The notes beneath the pieces were generated by a model. The model did no database searches. It saw only the letters and a program-made list of their open reading frames with translations, and had not been told where the DNA came from. DNA of 63,165 nt, the filler included, from Syncephalis fuscata S228 (taxonomy: Eukaryota > Fungi > Zoopagomycota): assembly GCA_025786725.1 (NCBI GenBank). It is 6 parts of 6 records of this genome, joined end to end, with 100 filler letters (N's around TTAATTAATTAA, not from the genome) between each part and the next. Parts side by side here need not be neighbours in the genome. Positions count along the whole stretch, not along the records: positions 46,302 to 59,154 come from JAHLTZ010000258.1; positions 59,255 to 61,770 come from JAHLTZ010000355.1; positions 61,871 to 63,165 come from JAHLTZ010000366.1; 3 more parts are not named here. One strand, 5' to 3'. The position numbers were made by a program, and so were the translations under genes. Of the stretch, positions 52,601 to 62,720 are shown in pieces; positions within the stretch are counted from its first letter, which is position 1, and the number at the start of each line of letters is the position of its first letter.

Positions 52601-55600
52601 ACAATTAAAGATGCGGTGGAGCAGACAAAAGAAGACGGCCAGCTTGAACACAACAGTATTCCATACTTAGATCGACTATGGGGAGCAATCGTCAGTCATC
52701 TGGTGCTGTGCGCTGATGACAAGCTGCCACATATCGTGATAAGAAGGAATAGGCCCAGTGATGAGCTGAGTCTACATCCGGTTCTGCAGACGACAAAAAG
52801 TCTGGCTAAAATACAAAAAGAAGATTTATCGGCAAGACAAAGATGTGAGCGAATAAAGCGACTAGCAAGACGTCATCCGTCGGTTACGCAGTTGGTGGAG
52901 CTGGCGGGACAACTAGAAGAGCATGCCTCGGTAGACGAGGTCAAAGGTCTGAAGACGAGACTAAGCAATCAGTACAACAGAGAGAAGAAAAAAGAACTAA
53001 ACGAAAAAATACGCGGCGCGACGATGAAAAGAAACCTACTGTTTCACACTGACTTAAAAGAGGTGTTGAAAAGAGTTTTGGAGAAGAATAAGCCACTACA
53101 GCAAATAACAGTGGTACAGACCAATGACTCGACTATCGAGGACCGGCCAGAAGAGGTACGCCGACTCACTCGAGACTACTTCACTCAGTGGATGGGTGCG
53201 AGACGTGGAACTAGCCCGCTAAACCACCCAACATGGTCAGGTAGCTATAGACCAATAGAGAGCATCGACCCTGCCATCTATAACGGTCTCATGGAACCAG
53301 TGGGGATAGAAGAGATGACAGCAGTGCTAAAGAGTCTGCCAAAAAACAAAGCACCAGGGGCATCAGGAGTGGTAAATGAAATGTTACAGAAAGCATGTGG
53401 GGAATTGCAGCAGGTGATGGCGGGAATTATTACAGCGTGTTTGCAAAAAGGGGATGTACCAACAGCCTGGAAGCATGGGGTAATAATACCAATACCAAAA
53501 ACGGCAAATTGGTGTGGAGACATGGCGCAGCTACGGCCAATCACATTATTGGAGACAATGCGCAAGCTATACTCAATAATAGTGACGAGACGGCTGCAAG
53601 AGGTAATGGAAAGAAATGGAGTGTTACAGGGGGGTAACTTCGGTTTTACAAGAGGCAATAAAACGACGGACTTTGTCCAGGTACTGAGAGCGGTCATGGA
53701 TGATTCCATTTGCCATGAACGTGGACTGGAAGTACTGTTGCTAGATGTGAAACGAGCATATGACTCAGTATCATGGCATAGCTTAGAGTGTTCGTTAAGA
53801 CGACTAAAAATACCAGAACAATATATAGGCTTACTAGCAAATATATTTGAACAACGAACAGCAACAGTACTAACAGCACACGGGCAAACAGAGGTACATC
53901 ATCCGGAATGCGGACTGGACCAGGGAGAAGTAAACTCACCATTATTATGGCTGACGTTCTACGACCCGCTACTAACAAAACTGAAAGATTCAGAACATGG
54001 GTATGTAATGAGAAGTATAGGAAATAACAACACACCGGTAAAGATCGCCCACGGTGCCTTCGCAGACGACCTGACACTACTGGCGGAAGACAGAGCGAAC
54101 CTCCAACAACTAGCAAATATCTGTCGCTCATTTTTTGAACTACACGACATAGAAGTGCACTGTGGAAAGACGATACACACAGCCAAAACATCATCTGGCA
54201 AAGCAGTAAACGCGGATCTACAACCAATTCGGTTGGCTGAGGGAGAAGTGGGCCTAGTTAGAATAGTACAGCCTCCACATGTACCATTTAGAATACTAGG
54301 CTGCTGGCTGTCGCTAGATGGATACAACAAAACAGCGTTTGATGTAATAGAAAAAGCAGTAGAAAACACATGTAAACTATTGCACCGAAAAGCAATAGAC
54401 AGTAATACAGCAGCTTACATTATCAATGCAGTAATAGTGCCGGCTGTGGTACACAAAACAGCAGCTAGTACTATGTCAGAAACACAGTGTACGACACTAG
54501 ATCGAAAATGGCTAAAAATACTTAAACGAAAAGCACATATGGCGAAGTCAGCACCAAACACGCTAATATGGTCAACGGATGGTATGAATGTAGCCAGAAC
54601 ACGCGACGCGATAGACGCAAGCCAGATCGGAGATCTACTGCGTAGACTGGATAGTCCAGGAGTGCTAGGGGAGACGGCCAGAGCGCAGGAAGAAGCAGTA
54701 AGGACAACAACATACAGCACTAGATCGCCATACAACAAGTACGTGGAAAGAAGGGAAACAAGACGGATATACGCGATGCACATAGCTCAACGACTACACG
54801 AGCGAGAAATCAGCGTGGTATGCGGCAGAGAACAACAACTGCCGACCGAAGTAGAAGAAGTATTGATACAAGATGTTGTGACACCAACAACATACAGAGA
54901 TATTCGAAAAGCCGTCAAACACTTTAAGTTGACCAGACTGAAAGATGTAATGCAAATAGCAGCAGACGGCACGCCAAAATTAAAGACATACACCCAAATC
55001 ACATATAGGAAGGCACCAAGGGCGGGGTCACCAAAATGGTACAAAGATCTGGAAAAGGAATGGCAGGTATGCGCAAGGGAAGCTATGGAAGTAGTGCGGA
55101 TAGCAAAGGGGATAAGGGAAAGGCGAGGAAAGCCTATAGACTTCACAGAGGAAAATTTAAGAGAGAGGAGTGTAGATGCAGAAGGAAACGAGTACGACTG
55201 GACAGAGGCACTAAGCCACGTCAGTGGCGAAGTAAACATTTGGACAGACGGATCGGTGATAGATCCAACAGGTAAGAATAGCAAAGGTGGATACGCAGCA
55301 ATAGCAATAGCGAGTACGGGTACACGGCCACTGGCAATTACAGCAGGAAAGTATGTCGGTCCACATTGCCACTCAGACATGGTGGAGGCGATGGCAATAG
55401 CGCATGCGCTATGCTGCGCACCACCGGACCGTGACTTAAAGCTGATAACCGACTCAATGACGTGCAAGGAGTGGTGGCGACAGTACGTGCTGAAGCCAGA
55501 GCCATGGCTAGACAGCAAAAGAAGAGCCACACCAACGTACAAGATATGGGAAAGGATAGCAGCAACGACAAGACAGAGAAGTGGTAAGACAGAGTTGCAG

Positions 55601-58600
55601 TGGACACGCGCACATGTAGGTACAAGAGGGAACGAGCTGGCGGACAAGGAAGCGAAAAAGGCGGCAGCTACTACAATAATAGCAGTACCAAGATGGACGC
55701 TGAACACGTCACCAGCTCCAGTACATCAGCACAACATGCTCATGTCAAAATTAAACACACTACTGGAGCCACGTAGTGCAGTTAAACGACAAAGCAAGGT
55801 AAGGCAAGAAAGAGCATTAAAAGAACTAATAGGAAGACAACACCCGGAGTTAGCACAAACACTACTTACCAGTACAAAAGTGGAGCTAACTATAAGAGAG
55901 GGGGTGAGACCGGAAAAAGACACGAGTAAGGAAGAGTATCAAATAGAGATGAAAAGAAGAGAGTTTGCGCTAAAAATGGCAGCCGGTATACTGCCAACTC
56001 TAGAAAGGCAAAATAAATGGTGTAAGGAGAGGTATAGAACTAATATGTGCTGCAGATGTAGTAGTGGAGAAGTAGAGACGTGGCGACATATAGTGAAGTG
56101 TGAAGGAAACGGACTAGATAGGGAAAAAGAAGCAAGAGATAAAATTAAAGACATGACAAGAAGAAAGGTGGAGTGGATAAATGAAAGAAGATCGAGAAAA
56201 GACCCGCCAATGAGACTGTTAAATGTGGGGGAGGTGGCTGAATCTATTGTCCCAGATCAGCCAATCAGCAACACCGGATTTCTATTAGGATTGGTGAGCC
56301 CACAAACACTATACAGTATGAAAAGAGAGGGGGTACGCGAAGAAGAAAGAAGAGAACTAATAAAAACAGCAACAAAGACGGCATTGGACTTCGTATGGAA
56401 GAAGATATGGAAGACAAGATGCAAGCAAGTGGACGAAGCAATAGGAAGATGGAAAACAGTACGTACCGACACACAAATAGCAGGTCAACCAGAACCACAA
56501 GAAGGTCCGGCAACAAACGCTGAAGGCCAGAGAGGCCTGAGGCAAATTTATACCTGGGACCACATCAATAAAATGGCGTTCGACGTCGAACGCCACCTAA
56601 AGATGGTGGCCCCCGCGTGGAGTCTATAGGACCCGGCTCCATGCAAAAACGTGGCGGTCCACTCGGTATCAACAATGCTACATTGTTTAATATTTTAAAA
56701 GCTTTATTATAATTAACGCGATAACAGCATGACACTGAGAAGCAGCACAAATTCTTTAATTATGCGCAGCGGGGGCCCACAAGCTCTTCAAAATAAAAAA
56801 ATAAAAATAATATACAATACCACGGGGGACGTTGCTAGCCCAGTTGGTAAGGCAGCGTCTCCCGAGCTGAAGGCTCCGGGTTCAAACCTCAGTTTGAATC
56901 AATCCTTAAGTGGAAAATCCCCCCCTCCAGTTTTCTCTAGTTAACAAATTGCAAACCAGAACCCAATAAGTAGGTCCGGAAACAAGACCTTGGCCAGAAT
57001 AGCCGAGGAAAACCCAATTGGGACCAACTTCAAGAGAATAGTGCTGTGTAGCACCATTTAAAGGAAGATGGCCCCCGTGTAAAATCTATATGGACCAGAT
57101 TTTGCGCAAAAACGTGGCAGTCCACCCGTTAAAAAGTTTGGAAAAAGTCCAAATATAGTGGGAAGCAGCGCAAATTCTTTAATTATGCGCAGCGGGGGCT
57201 CACAAGCTCTTCAAAATAAAATAAAATAATATACAATACCACTTACCATCTATTATATTAAGTCATTGGTACACAAAGTACATGACACATAATTAGTACA
57301 TATTTAGTTACCATATACTATCACTTACCATCTATTAATAATTTATTGGTACAATTAACAAATAGTATGTGATTAGTGCATAGTCAGTTAATATACAACA
57401 CATCTTACCACCTATTATATTGCGTCATTTATACACATAGTGCATGGCATATAATTAGTGCATAGTCAGTTAATATGCAATACCACGGGGGACGTTGCTA
57501 GCCCAGTTGGTAAGGCAGCGTCTCCCGAGCTGAAGGCTCCGGGTTCAAACCTCAGTTTGAATCAATCCTTAAGTGGAAAATCCCCCCCTCCAGTTTTCTC
57601 TAGTTAACAAATTGCAAACCAGAACCCAATAAGTAGGTCCGGAAACAAGACCTTGGCCAGAATAGCCGAGGAAAACCCAATTGGGACCAACTTCAAGAGA
57701 ATAGTGCTGTGTAGCACCATTTAAAGGAAGATGGCCCCCGTGTAAAATCTATATGGACCAGATTTTGCGCAAAAACGTGGCAGTCCACCCGTTAAAAGTT
57801 TGGAAAAGTCCAAATATAGTGGGAAGCAGCGCAAATTCTTTAATTATGCGCAGCGGGGGCTCACAAGCTCTTCAAAATAAAATAAAATAATATGCAATAC
57901 CACTTGCCCCCTATTAATATTGATTCATTGATACACATAGTACACGGCATATAATTAGTGCATAGTCAGTTAATATACAATACCACTTGCCCCCTATTAT
58001 ATTAAGTTGTTGATGCATATAATATATAATATATAATTAGTTTATAAGCCAGTAACATATGATGCTACTTACGGCCTGTTAGTATTAAGTTGTTAATGCG
58101 CATAGTATATGGCACATAATTAGCGCACATTCAGCTAATATACAATACCACTTACTAGCTATAATATTAAATTGTTGATGCGCACAACACATGGCATGTA
58201 ATTAGCGCAGTCAGTTAATATGCAATACAACTTACGATCTATTATATTAAGCCATTGGTACGCGCAGTACATGGCGCATAATTAGTACATATTTAGTTAA
58301 TATACAATATAACTTACTATCTATAGAATTAAATTGTTCATACACATAGTACATGGCACATATTAGGACATATTTAGTTACTGTACAATACAACTTACTG
58401 CCTATTATATTAAATTATTAATATACACAGTACATGGTATATAATTAGTCTATGTTCTATTGATATACAATAGAACTTACAAGCTATTAATATTAGGTTG
58501 TTAATGCACACAGTACGTGACATATAATTAGTGCATAGTAAGTTGATATAACATACAAATTACCAACTATTGATATTAAGTGTTAATGTACACAGTACAT

Positions 58601-59141
58601 AGTATATAATTAGTTTATGTCCTATTGATATACAATAAAACTTACGACCTATTAGTATTAAGTCATTGGTGCACACAATACATGACATATAATTAACACA
58701 TATTAAGTTAATGTACAATACCACTTACCGCCTATTATATTAATTTTAATATACACAGTACATGGCATATAATTAGTCTATTTTCTATTGATATACAATA
58801 GGACTTACAAGCTATTAATATTAAGTTGTTAATACACATGGTACATAACACATGATTAGTGTGTGATCAGTTAATACAAAATTCCACATACAAACTATTG
58901 ATATTAAGTGTTAATGTACACGGTACATGGTATATGATTAGTCTATGTCCTATTGATATACGATAGGACTTACAAGCTATTAATATTAAGTTTTTAATGC
59001 ACACGGTACATAACACATGATTAGTGTGTAGCTAGTCAATATACAACATTGCTTACGGTCTATTATATTAAGTTGTTAATATACACAGTACATGGCATAT
59101 AATTAGTGCATAGTCAGGTAATATACAATTTTACTTGCCCA
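49607..59141 (-). CDS. Micro-exon gene 2: Cys-rich peptide (5' exon(s) lost in gap)
   Basis: 21 three-nt exons plus a terminal exon starting at 49617. In phase 1 they give xDPFSCGLACNNPSRGGDDDCDKQ, then TAA at 49609-49607. Confidence 0.75.
49876..51215 (+). CDS. LINE ORF1 (gag-like, CCHC zinc knuckle, acidic tail), split by a frameshift at ~50784
   Basis: CFRCHMVGHIAVDC knuckle. ORFs 49876-50787 and 50784-51215 share EREEGEV-type motifs. Confidence 0.8.
51506..56629 (+). CDS. LINE ORF2: AP endonuclease, reverse transcriptase, RNase H and C-terminal CCHC
   Basis: APE: HWNV, LTET, GGDFNA, RLD. RT: KAPG, LRPITLL, DVKRAYDSV, GLDQGE.SP, FADD. RNase H: WTDGS, TDS, AHVG..GNELAD. C-terminal C.RC...ETWRHIVKC. 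Intact, 1707 aa. Confidence 0.95.
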   Translation: MNNNINTLNNINTLNSTNNNRPNNRSNNDYRDTSQLFVGTSSNFYRERRPGPEKMRFIHWNVTGATTGSKMDLLWTALNKLDLDFIILTETRWTESIEKEIANKTGIKGRYILKTAGAPERSTQRGHANFYGVAILIKVEWEKHIQEVVTVNNRMIGIRLAFRERGLLVVGLLYPTNKGRSNPSAANRMLTELKKWVDQARQKRAEVVIGGDFNAVPQPWLDRQGYTDTRAESSMLEYLMATRSMVDVWRRQYPDIYKYTNTMQRENGVARARLDLFLTTDTLADMVSGVGIEDEEGSGTTGQQINQGIYSTHQPIVLELTTSIIFQRAGDRLCQQLPRKILNRRKATEVDWMNYTSATAIGWNRTIKDAVEQTKEDGQLEHNSIPYLDRLWGAIVSHLVLCADDKLPHIVIRRNRPSDELSLHPVLQTTKSLAKIQKEDLSARQRCERIKRLARRHPSVTQLVELAGQLEEHASVDEVKGLKTRLSNQYNREKKKELNEKIRGATMKRNLLFHTDLKEVLKRVLEKNKPLQQITVVQTNDSTIEDRPEEVRRLTRDYFTQWMGARRGTSPLNHPTWSGSYRPIESIDPAIYNGLMEPVGIEEMTAVLKSLPKNKAPGASGVVNEMLQKACGELQQVMAGIITACLQKGDVPTAWKHGVIIPIPKTANWCGDMAQLRPITLLETMRKLYSIIVTRRLQEVMERNGVLQGGNFGFTRGNKTTDFVQVLRAVMDDSICHERGLEVLLLDVKRAYDSVSWHSLECSLRRLKIPEQYIGLLANIFEQRTATVLTAHGQTEVHHPECGLDQGEVNSPLLWLTFYDPLLTKLKDSEHGYVMRSIGNNNTPVKIAHGAFADDLTLLAEDRANLQQLANICRSFFELHDIEVHCGKTIHTAKTSSGKAVNADLQPIRLAEGEVGLVRIVQPPHVPFRILGCWLSLDGYNKTAFDVIEKAVENTCKLLHRKAIDSNTAAYIINAVIVPAVVHKTAASTMSETQCTTLDRKWLKILKRKAHMAKSAPNTLIWSTDGMNVARTRDAIDASQIGDLLRRLDSPGVLGETARAQEEAVRTTTYSTRSPYNKYVERRETRRIYAMHIAQRLHEREISVVCGREQQLPTEVEEVLIQDVVTPTTYRDIRKAVKHFKLTRLKDVMQIAADGTPKLKTYTQITYRKAPRAGSPKWYKDLEKEWQVCAREAMEVVRIAKGIRERRGKPIDFTEENLRERSVDAEGNEYDWTEALSHVSGEVNIWTDGSVIDPTGKNSKGGYAAIAIASTGTRPLAITAGKYVGPHCHSDMVEAMAIAHALCCAPPDRDLKLITDSMTCKEWWRQYVLKPEPWLDSKRRATPTYKIWERIAATTRQRSGKTELQWTRAHVGTRGNELADKEAKKAAATTIIAVPRWTLNTSPAPVHQHNMLMSKLNTLLEPRSAVKRQSKVRQERALKELIGRQHPELAQTLLTSTKVELTIREGVRPEKDTSKEEYQIEMKRREFALKMAAGILPTLERQNKWCKERYRTNMCCRCSSGEVETWRHIVKCEGNGLDREKEARDKIKDMTRRKVEWINERRSRKDPPMRLLNVGEVAESIVPDQPISNTGFLLGLVSPQTLYSMKREGVREEERRELIKTATKTALDFVWKKIWKTRCKQVDEAIGRWKTVRTDTQIAGQPEPQEGPATNAEGQRGLRQIYTWDHINKMAFDVERHLKMVAPAWSL
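56824..57226 (+). mobile_element. tRNA-derived SINE, copy 2, tandem with the LINE in the same intron
   Basis: Pol III A/B boxes and LINE-like 3' end. TSD at 56808-56823 and 57227-57242. Confidence 0.92.
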
Positions 59142-59154
59142 CTAATATGTTATA
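57227..59154 (-). repeat. Tandem array of ~80-83 bp intron + micro-exon units (continues at 49674-49839)
   Basis: Periodic ACTTAC/ACTTGC/ACATAC-NNN-CTA/CTG units of the same family as the 18.7-20.9 kb array. Confidence 0.92.
57487..57887 (+). mobile_element. tRNA-derived SINE, copy 3
   Basis: Nearly identical to copy 2. TSD variant TAATATGCAATACCAC on both sides (57471-57486, 57888-57903). Confidence 0.92.
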
Positions 59155-59254
59155 NNNNNNNNNNNNNNNNNNNNNNNNNNNNNNNNNNNNNNNNNNNNTT
59201 AATTAATTAANNNNNNNNNNNNNNNNNNNNNNNNNNNNNNNNNNNNNNNNNNNN

Positions 59255-59655
59255 CTTCGGACATATTGTCGGGTACCGGCTCGTCAGTAGCCATTGCGGC
59301 TGCTGAGTTACGCGTACTACGACCAGAACGGGTTATACTAGACATGGTTATTAACAATGAACAATGAACAATGAGATGATTTGATGGAAGTGAGGTACGA
59401 GAATGAATATGAATGTTACGATGGTAGAGACTATCAAATAGTGTTATATCTGTAGTATTGGGACTACGCGAACGGGCAGTTTATGGGCAAACTGCCCAGG
59501 TCCTCCACCAATTGTCGTATTACTATTATGAAGGGGGACTGAGTAATACGGCAAGGTAGATAAAACACTAGGATCTTGTAATAAAAGGTTTTTCTTAGGA
59601 TTGAACTACTTTATTAATAAATGTAAATATTCCAGCTTTTATAGCTGGCTTGACA
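59255..59655 (-). mobile_element. 5' end of a putative LTR retrotransposon: short LTR (59513-59655), PBS and possible gag start
   Basis: TGTC...GACA termini. On the minus strand the LTR end is followed 2 nt later by TGGTGGAGGACCTGGG, a tRNA-3'-like PBS. ORF MSSITRSGRSTRN... starts at 59345 and runs into the gap. Confidence 0.55.
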
Positions 59656-59722
59656 CATCGATTACGTGGTACCCGTGTACCACGTGTTCTGAATATGTCG
59701 CCACAGTCCGTATCCATTCCTT

Positions 59723-61759
59723 ATGCAAGATCCACAAACAGTGTCGAAAAGAACTATACGTACACTTTCATCAGCTCAACGTCGTCATAAGCAGCAGCAT
59801 CAAGGTCATTTACATTCAGATCTAATGGCACCATTACCGGCCAATGAAGATAGTACTGCTATTACAATAGCAGCTATGGATACTGAACTACTTAAAGCAG
59901 TAACTGGTAAGTCATTATTGTTGTTTGCGTTGCTCTTGCTGAATATCAATTTTATTTAATTAGCTCGTCAACGTTTTTGGGTTCACGATGCTTGTGCTCG
60001 GTTCTCACCTGAAGTACACGTTGCTTTAGATGGTACTTGGTATAATGTAACAGCTGCTGTACGGCGTGGCAAGAAATTGGTAAGTATTTTGTATACATGT
60101 ATATATGTATTAATACATGGTTATCTAAATTATATATATGATATATTTAGCGCTGTATTGGCTGTCAAGAACGTGGTGCAACTATTGGTTGTTTTGAACC
60201 AAAATGTCGTAGAAGTTTCCATTTAGGTTGCACGGGCAAACCAATTGAAAATTTCCGTCAAGGCATTGTCTTTTGGTGTCCGCAACATGAAGTAAAAATC
60301 ACAAATTTGGTGAGTTAAAGACATTGCCACTATTTATATTACTTAATAATTTCTACTATTAGATACTTATATTGATATATTTTCATGTAATCGATGTGAT
60401 GCACAACTTGATGATACGTGGTTCAGCTGTACAAAGTGTGAAGACTTTTTTCAAACTTATGACTTATGTAGCAAGGTAATTAATGGCTAATAGTGTAAAT
60501 AAGAATGGATTAAATGATTATTCTATTGCTATTACCATTATAGTGCTTTACTTCTGAGACCGATCCATGGAATCATGAACATACATCAAATGTCTTTAGG
60601 TAAAAGTAAGTAACAATAAATAGTACTTTTAATAACCGGAATTGTATCATTTACTTAGGCAAGGATATGATCGTTAATCAAACCATTATTGCCAACAATA
60701 CACCCAATCCTGTTAAAAAACGTATGATAATTAAGCTATTGCTATGATAGTTGGCTAGTTGCTAACATGTTTAATAGAACGTAAACATTGGACGGGCATG
60801 CGAGGTGTTCGATTTGCACGTGTAACTCGTTGTTCTTATTGTTGGACCGATGCATCACCTACTTGGCGTAAGAGTGAGTAATAGTAGTCGATAAAAAATA
60901 TATGCAACCAATATGATAAATACTAATATGAATAAATGATGTATAATATTTAGTATTTAATGGAGTACGAGTGTGTGAGCGATGTTTTGCCAGTTCAAGA
61001 TCACACTGCCTACAACAGCTACAATTGCTGATGCTATTGATGCACTAGAGCCGGAACGTTCTTCGCCGCCACCATCATTGTTGCTACCACCGCCATCGCC
61101 ACCGCCACTCTCATCAGTATCAATAGAGGACACATCATTGCAAACAAAAAATAACATTACCGGATGAGGAGGCTAATGCAACAATGGCAGCTACAACAGC
61201 CTTCTTCCTGCAATGCAGAACAACTCACTAGCCATGAAGGCTACGTAGGAGATGTGGATGATTACATGCATAATCCATATTTGACCCGTCGTTGTTATAC
61301 TGATGGCCGATTTGAAGAGACTCAGTCCAATGCCAAATATCTTGAATCATACGGTCCTGAAGAACACCAGATGTACTCTTTGCCATATGATTCAACCTAC
61401 TTTGATATTCCTGGAAGAGCACCACGTTGTAAGTGTGCATTATTGGTGTCAAACTTTAATGTAATATTTATTGTAATCGATGATAACTATAGGGGCTACG
61501 CATTCCGGTACAGATTATCATGGCAAGTATTAAATATATTATTTCTTATTAGTACTAATATTCGTATCAACATTAATGATTATTATAATAGGAACATGGC
61601 TACCTCAAACGGTTAGAAGGTAATAGATTATAGCATTGTAACTGCAATATGTAATGATAATTAGAGCGTTATTACGATATACACGTCAAAATGATCGTAT
61701 TTTATCAAACTTTCTTGTCGAGGTACTGATGCTATTGAGTCGTTTTTACTGCAACGAAG
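59723..61759 (+). pseudogene. Multi-exon ePHD/ZZ/GATA-finger protein with the start of an N6/N4 DNA methyltransferase-like domain; frameshifted and partial
   Basis: ePHD: FWVHDACARFSPEV..C..C..RGATIGC...C..SFHLGC. ZZ: CNRC..CTKC..YDLC..C. GATA-like: CSYC..SPTWRK..CERC. Then WLPQTVRRALLRYT..DRILSNFL-(G)RGTDAIE, with a 1-nt loss near 61717. Confidence 0.6.
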
Positions 61760-62399
61760 GTAGCTGTTTANNNNNNNNNNNNNNNNNNNNNNNNNNNNNN
61801 NNNNNNNNNNNNNNTTAATTAATTAANNNNNNNNNNNNNNNNNNNNNNNNNNNNNNNNNNNNNNNNNNNNAGCTATCTAAAATCTATAATAATCAATAAT
61901 GTTAGTGTTAGTGTCCGGTATCTAAAATTTAAAACAATATATGTATAAAGTTAGTATGTTGCAATGTTGTGTAGCCGGCCGCTAGCACACTAAAACAATT
62001 TGGTGATTTTTATTTATGATATAAATTTGTAATTATCAATACAGGTTAGTAAGTTAGTAATCTAAATCTAAAGTCATCAATATAACATTGGTTGTTATAT
62101 TGTTTGGTAGCCGGCCGCTAACACACTAATCGCCATTGTCCTTGAACTTGATACTTGATGGCTTGTAAATCTAAAGCATTATATGCAGAGTTAGTGACTG
62201 ATTTAAGTTAGTTACTTACCATTGCATAATCAGTGTATCATAAAGAAGGACCGGTAAGTGGTTTGTAAAAGGGAAATGGGAAAAGAGAAGAAGAGCTGCC
62301 AATGCAACATCGTGCTAGCAGGTGTTTACAGGCAGTGCATATAATGGCACTGCTGTATGGCCAGTACATAGTGCCACCATATGCTACTACCATAGCTAA

Positions 62400-62720
62400 A
62401 CACACTATTGCTAGCACGGTGAGCAATGGAAGTATAGAGGAAAGATGAGGAGAGGGTGAGAAAGGAACAGTATATGCTTGGTAAGCATATATCCAGCAAC
62501 ACTGTTGCTAGTACGTAAGTAATGGAAGGTTGGTGAAAAGGATAGGGAAGAAGGAGTAAAGTGAAAGAGATGAGAACAGTGTATGCTTGGTAGCATATAT
62601 CCAGCATACACTGTTGCTAGTACGGTAAGTAATGGAAGGTTAGTGAAAAGGAATGAGAAGAGGAGAGAAAGAGGATAAGAATGATAAAGAAAGATAACGT
62701 ATATGTTTGGTAGCATATAT
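62400..62720. repeat. Three imperfect ~95-110 bp purine-rich tandem repeats
   Basis: Recurring ACACT.TTGCTAG.AC(G)GT.AG.AATGGAAG...TATG.TTGGTA(A)GCATATAT. Confidence 0.65.

Larger units (their letters stand above)
49840..56807 (+). mobile_element. Near full-length non-LTR retrotransposon (LINE) inserted antisense in an intron of micro-exon gene 2
   Basis: ORF1, ORF2 and A-rich tail. 16-bp TSD TAATATACAATACCAC at 49824-49839 and 56808-56823. Confidence 0.95.

Noticed and set aside
50177-56750. Many minus-strand ORFs over the LINE
   Set aside because: Antisense shadows of A/G-rich coding sequence, with no recognisable domains.
56824-56900. tRNA gene at the SINE 5' end (also 19509 and 57487)
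   Set aside because: A and B boxes are present, but there is no proper acceptor stem or anticodon loop, and it is fused to LINE-derived sequence with a TSD.
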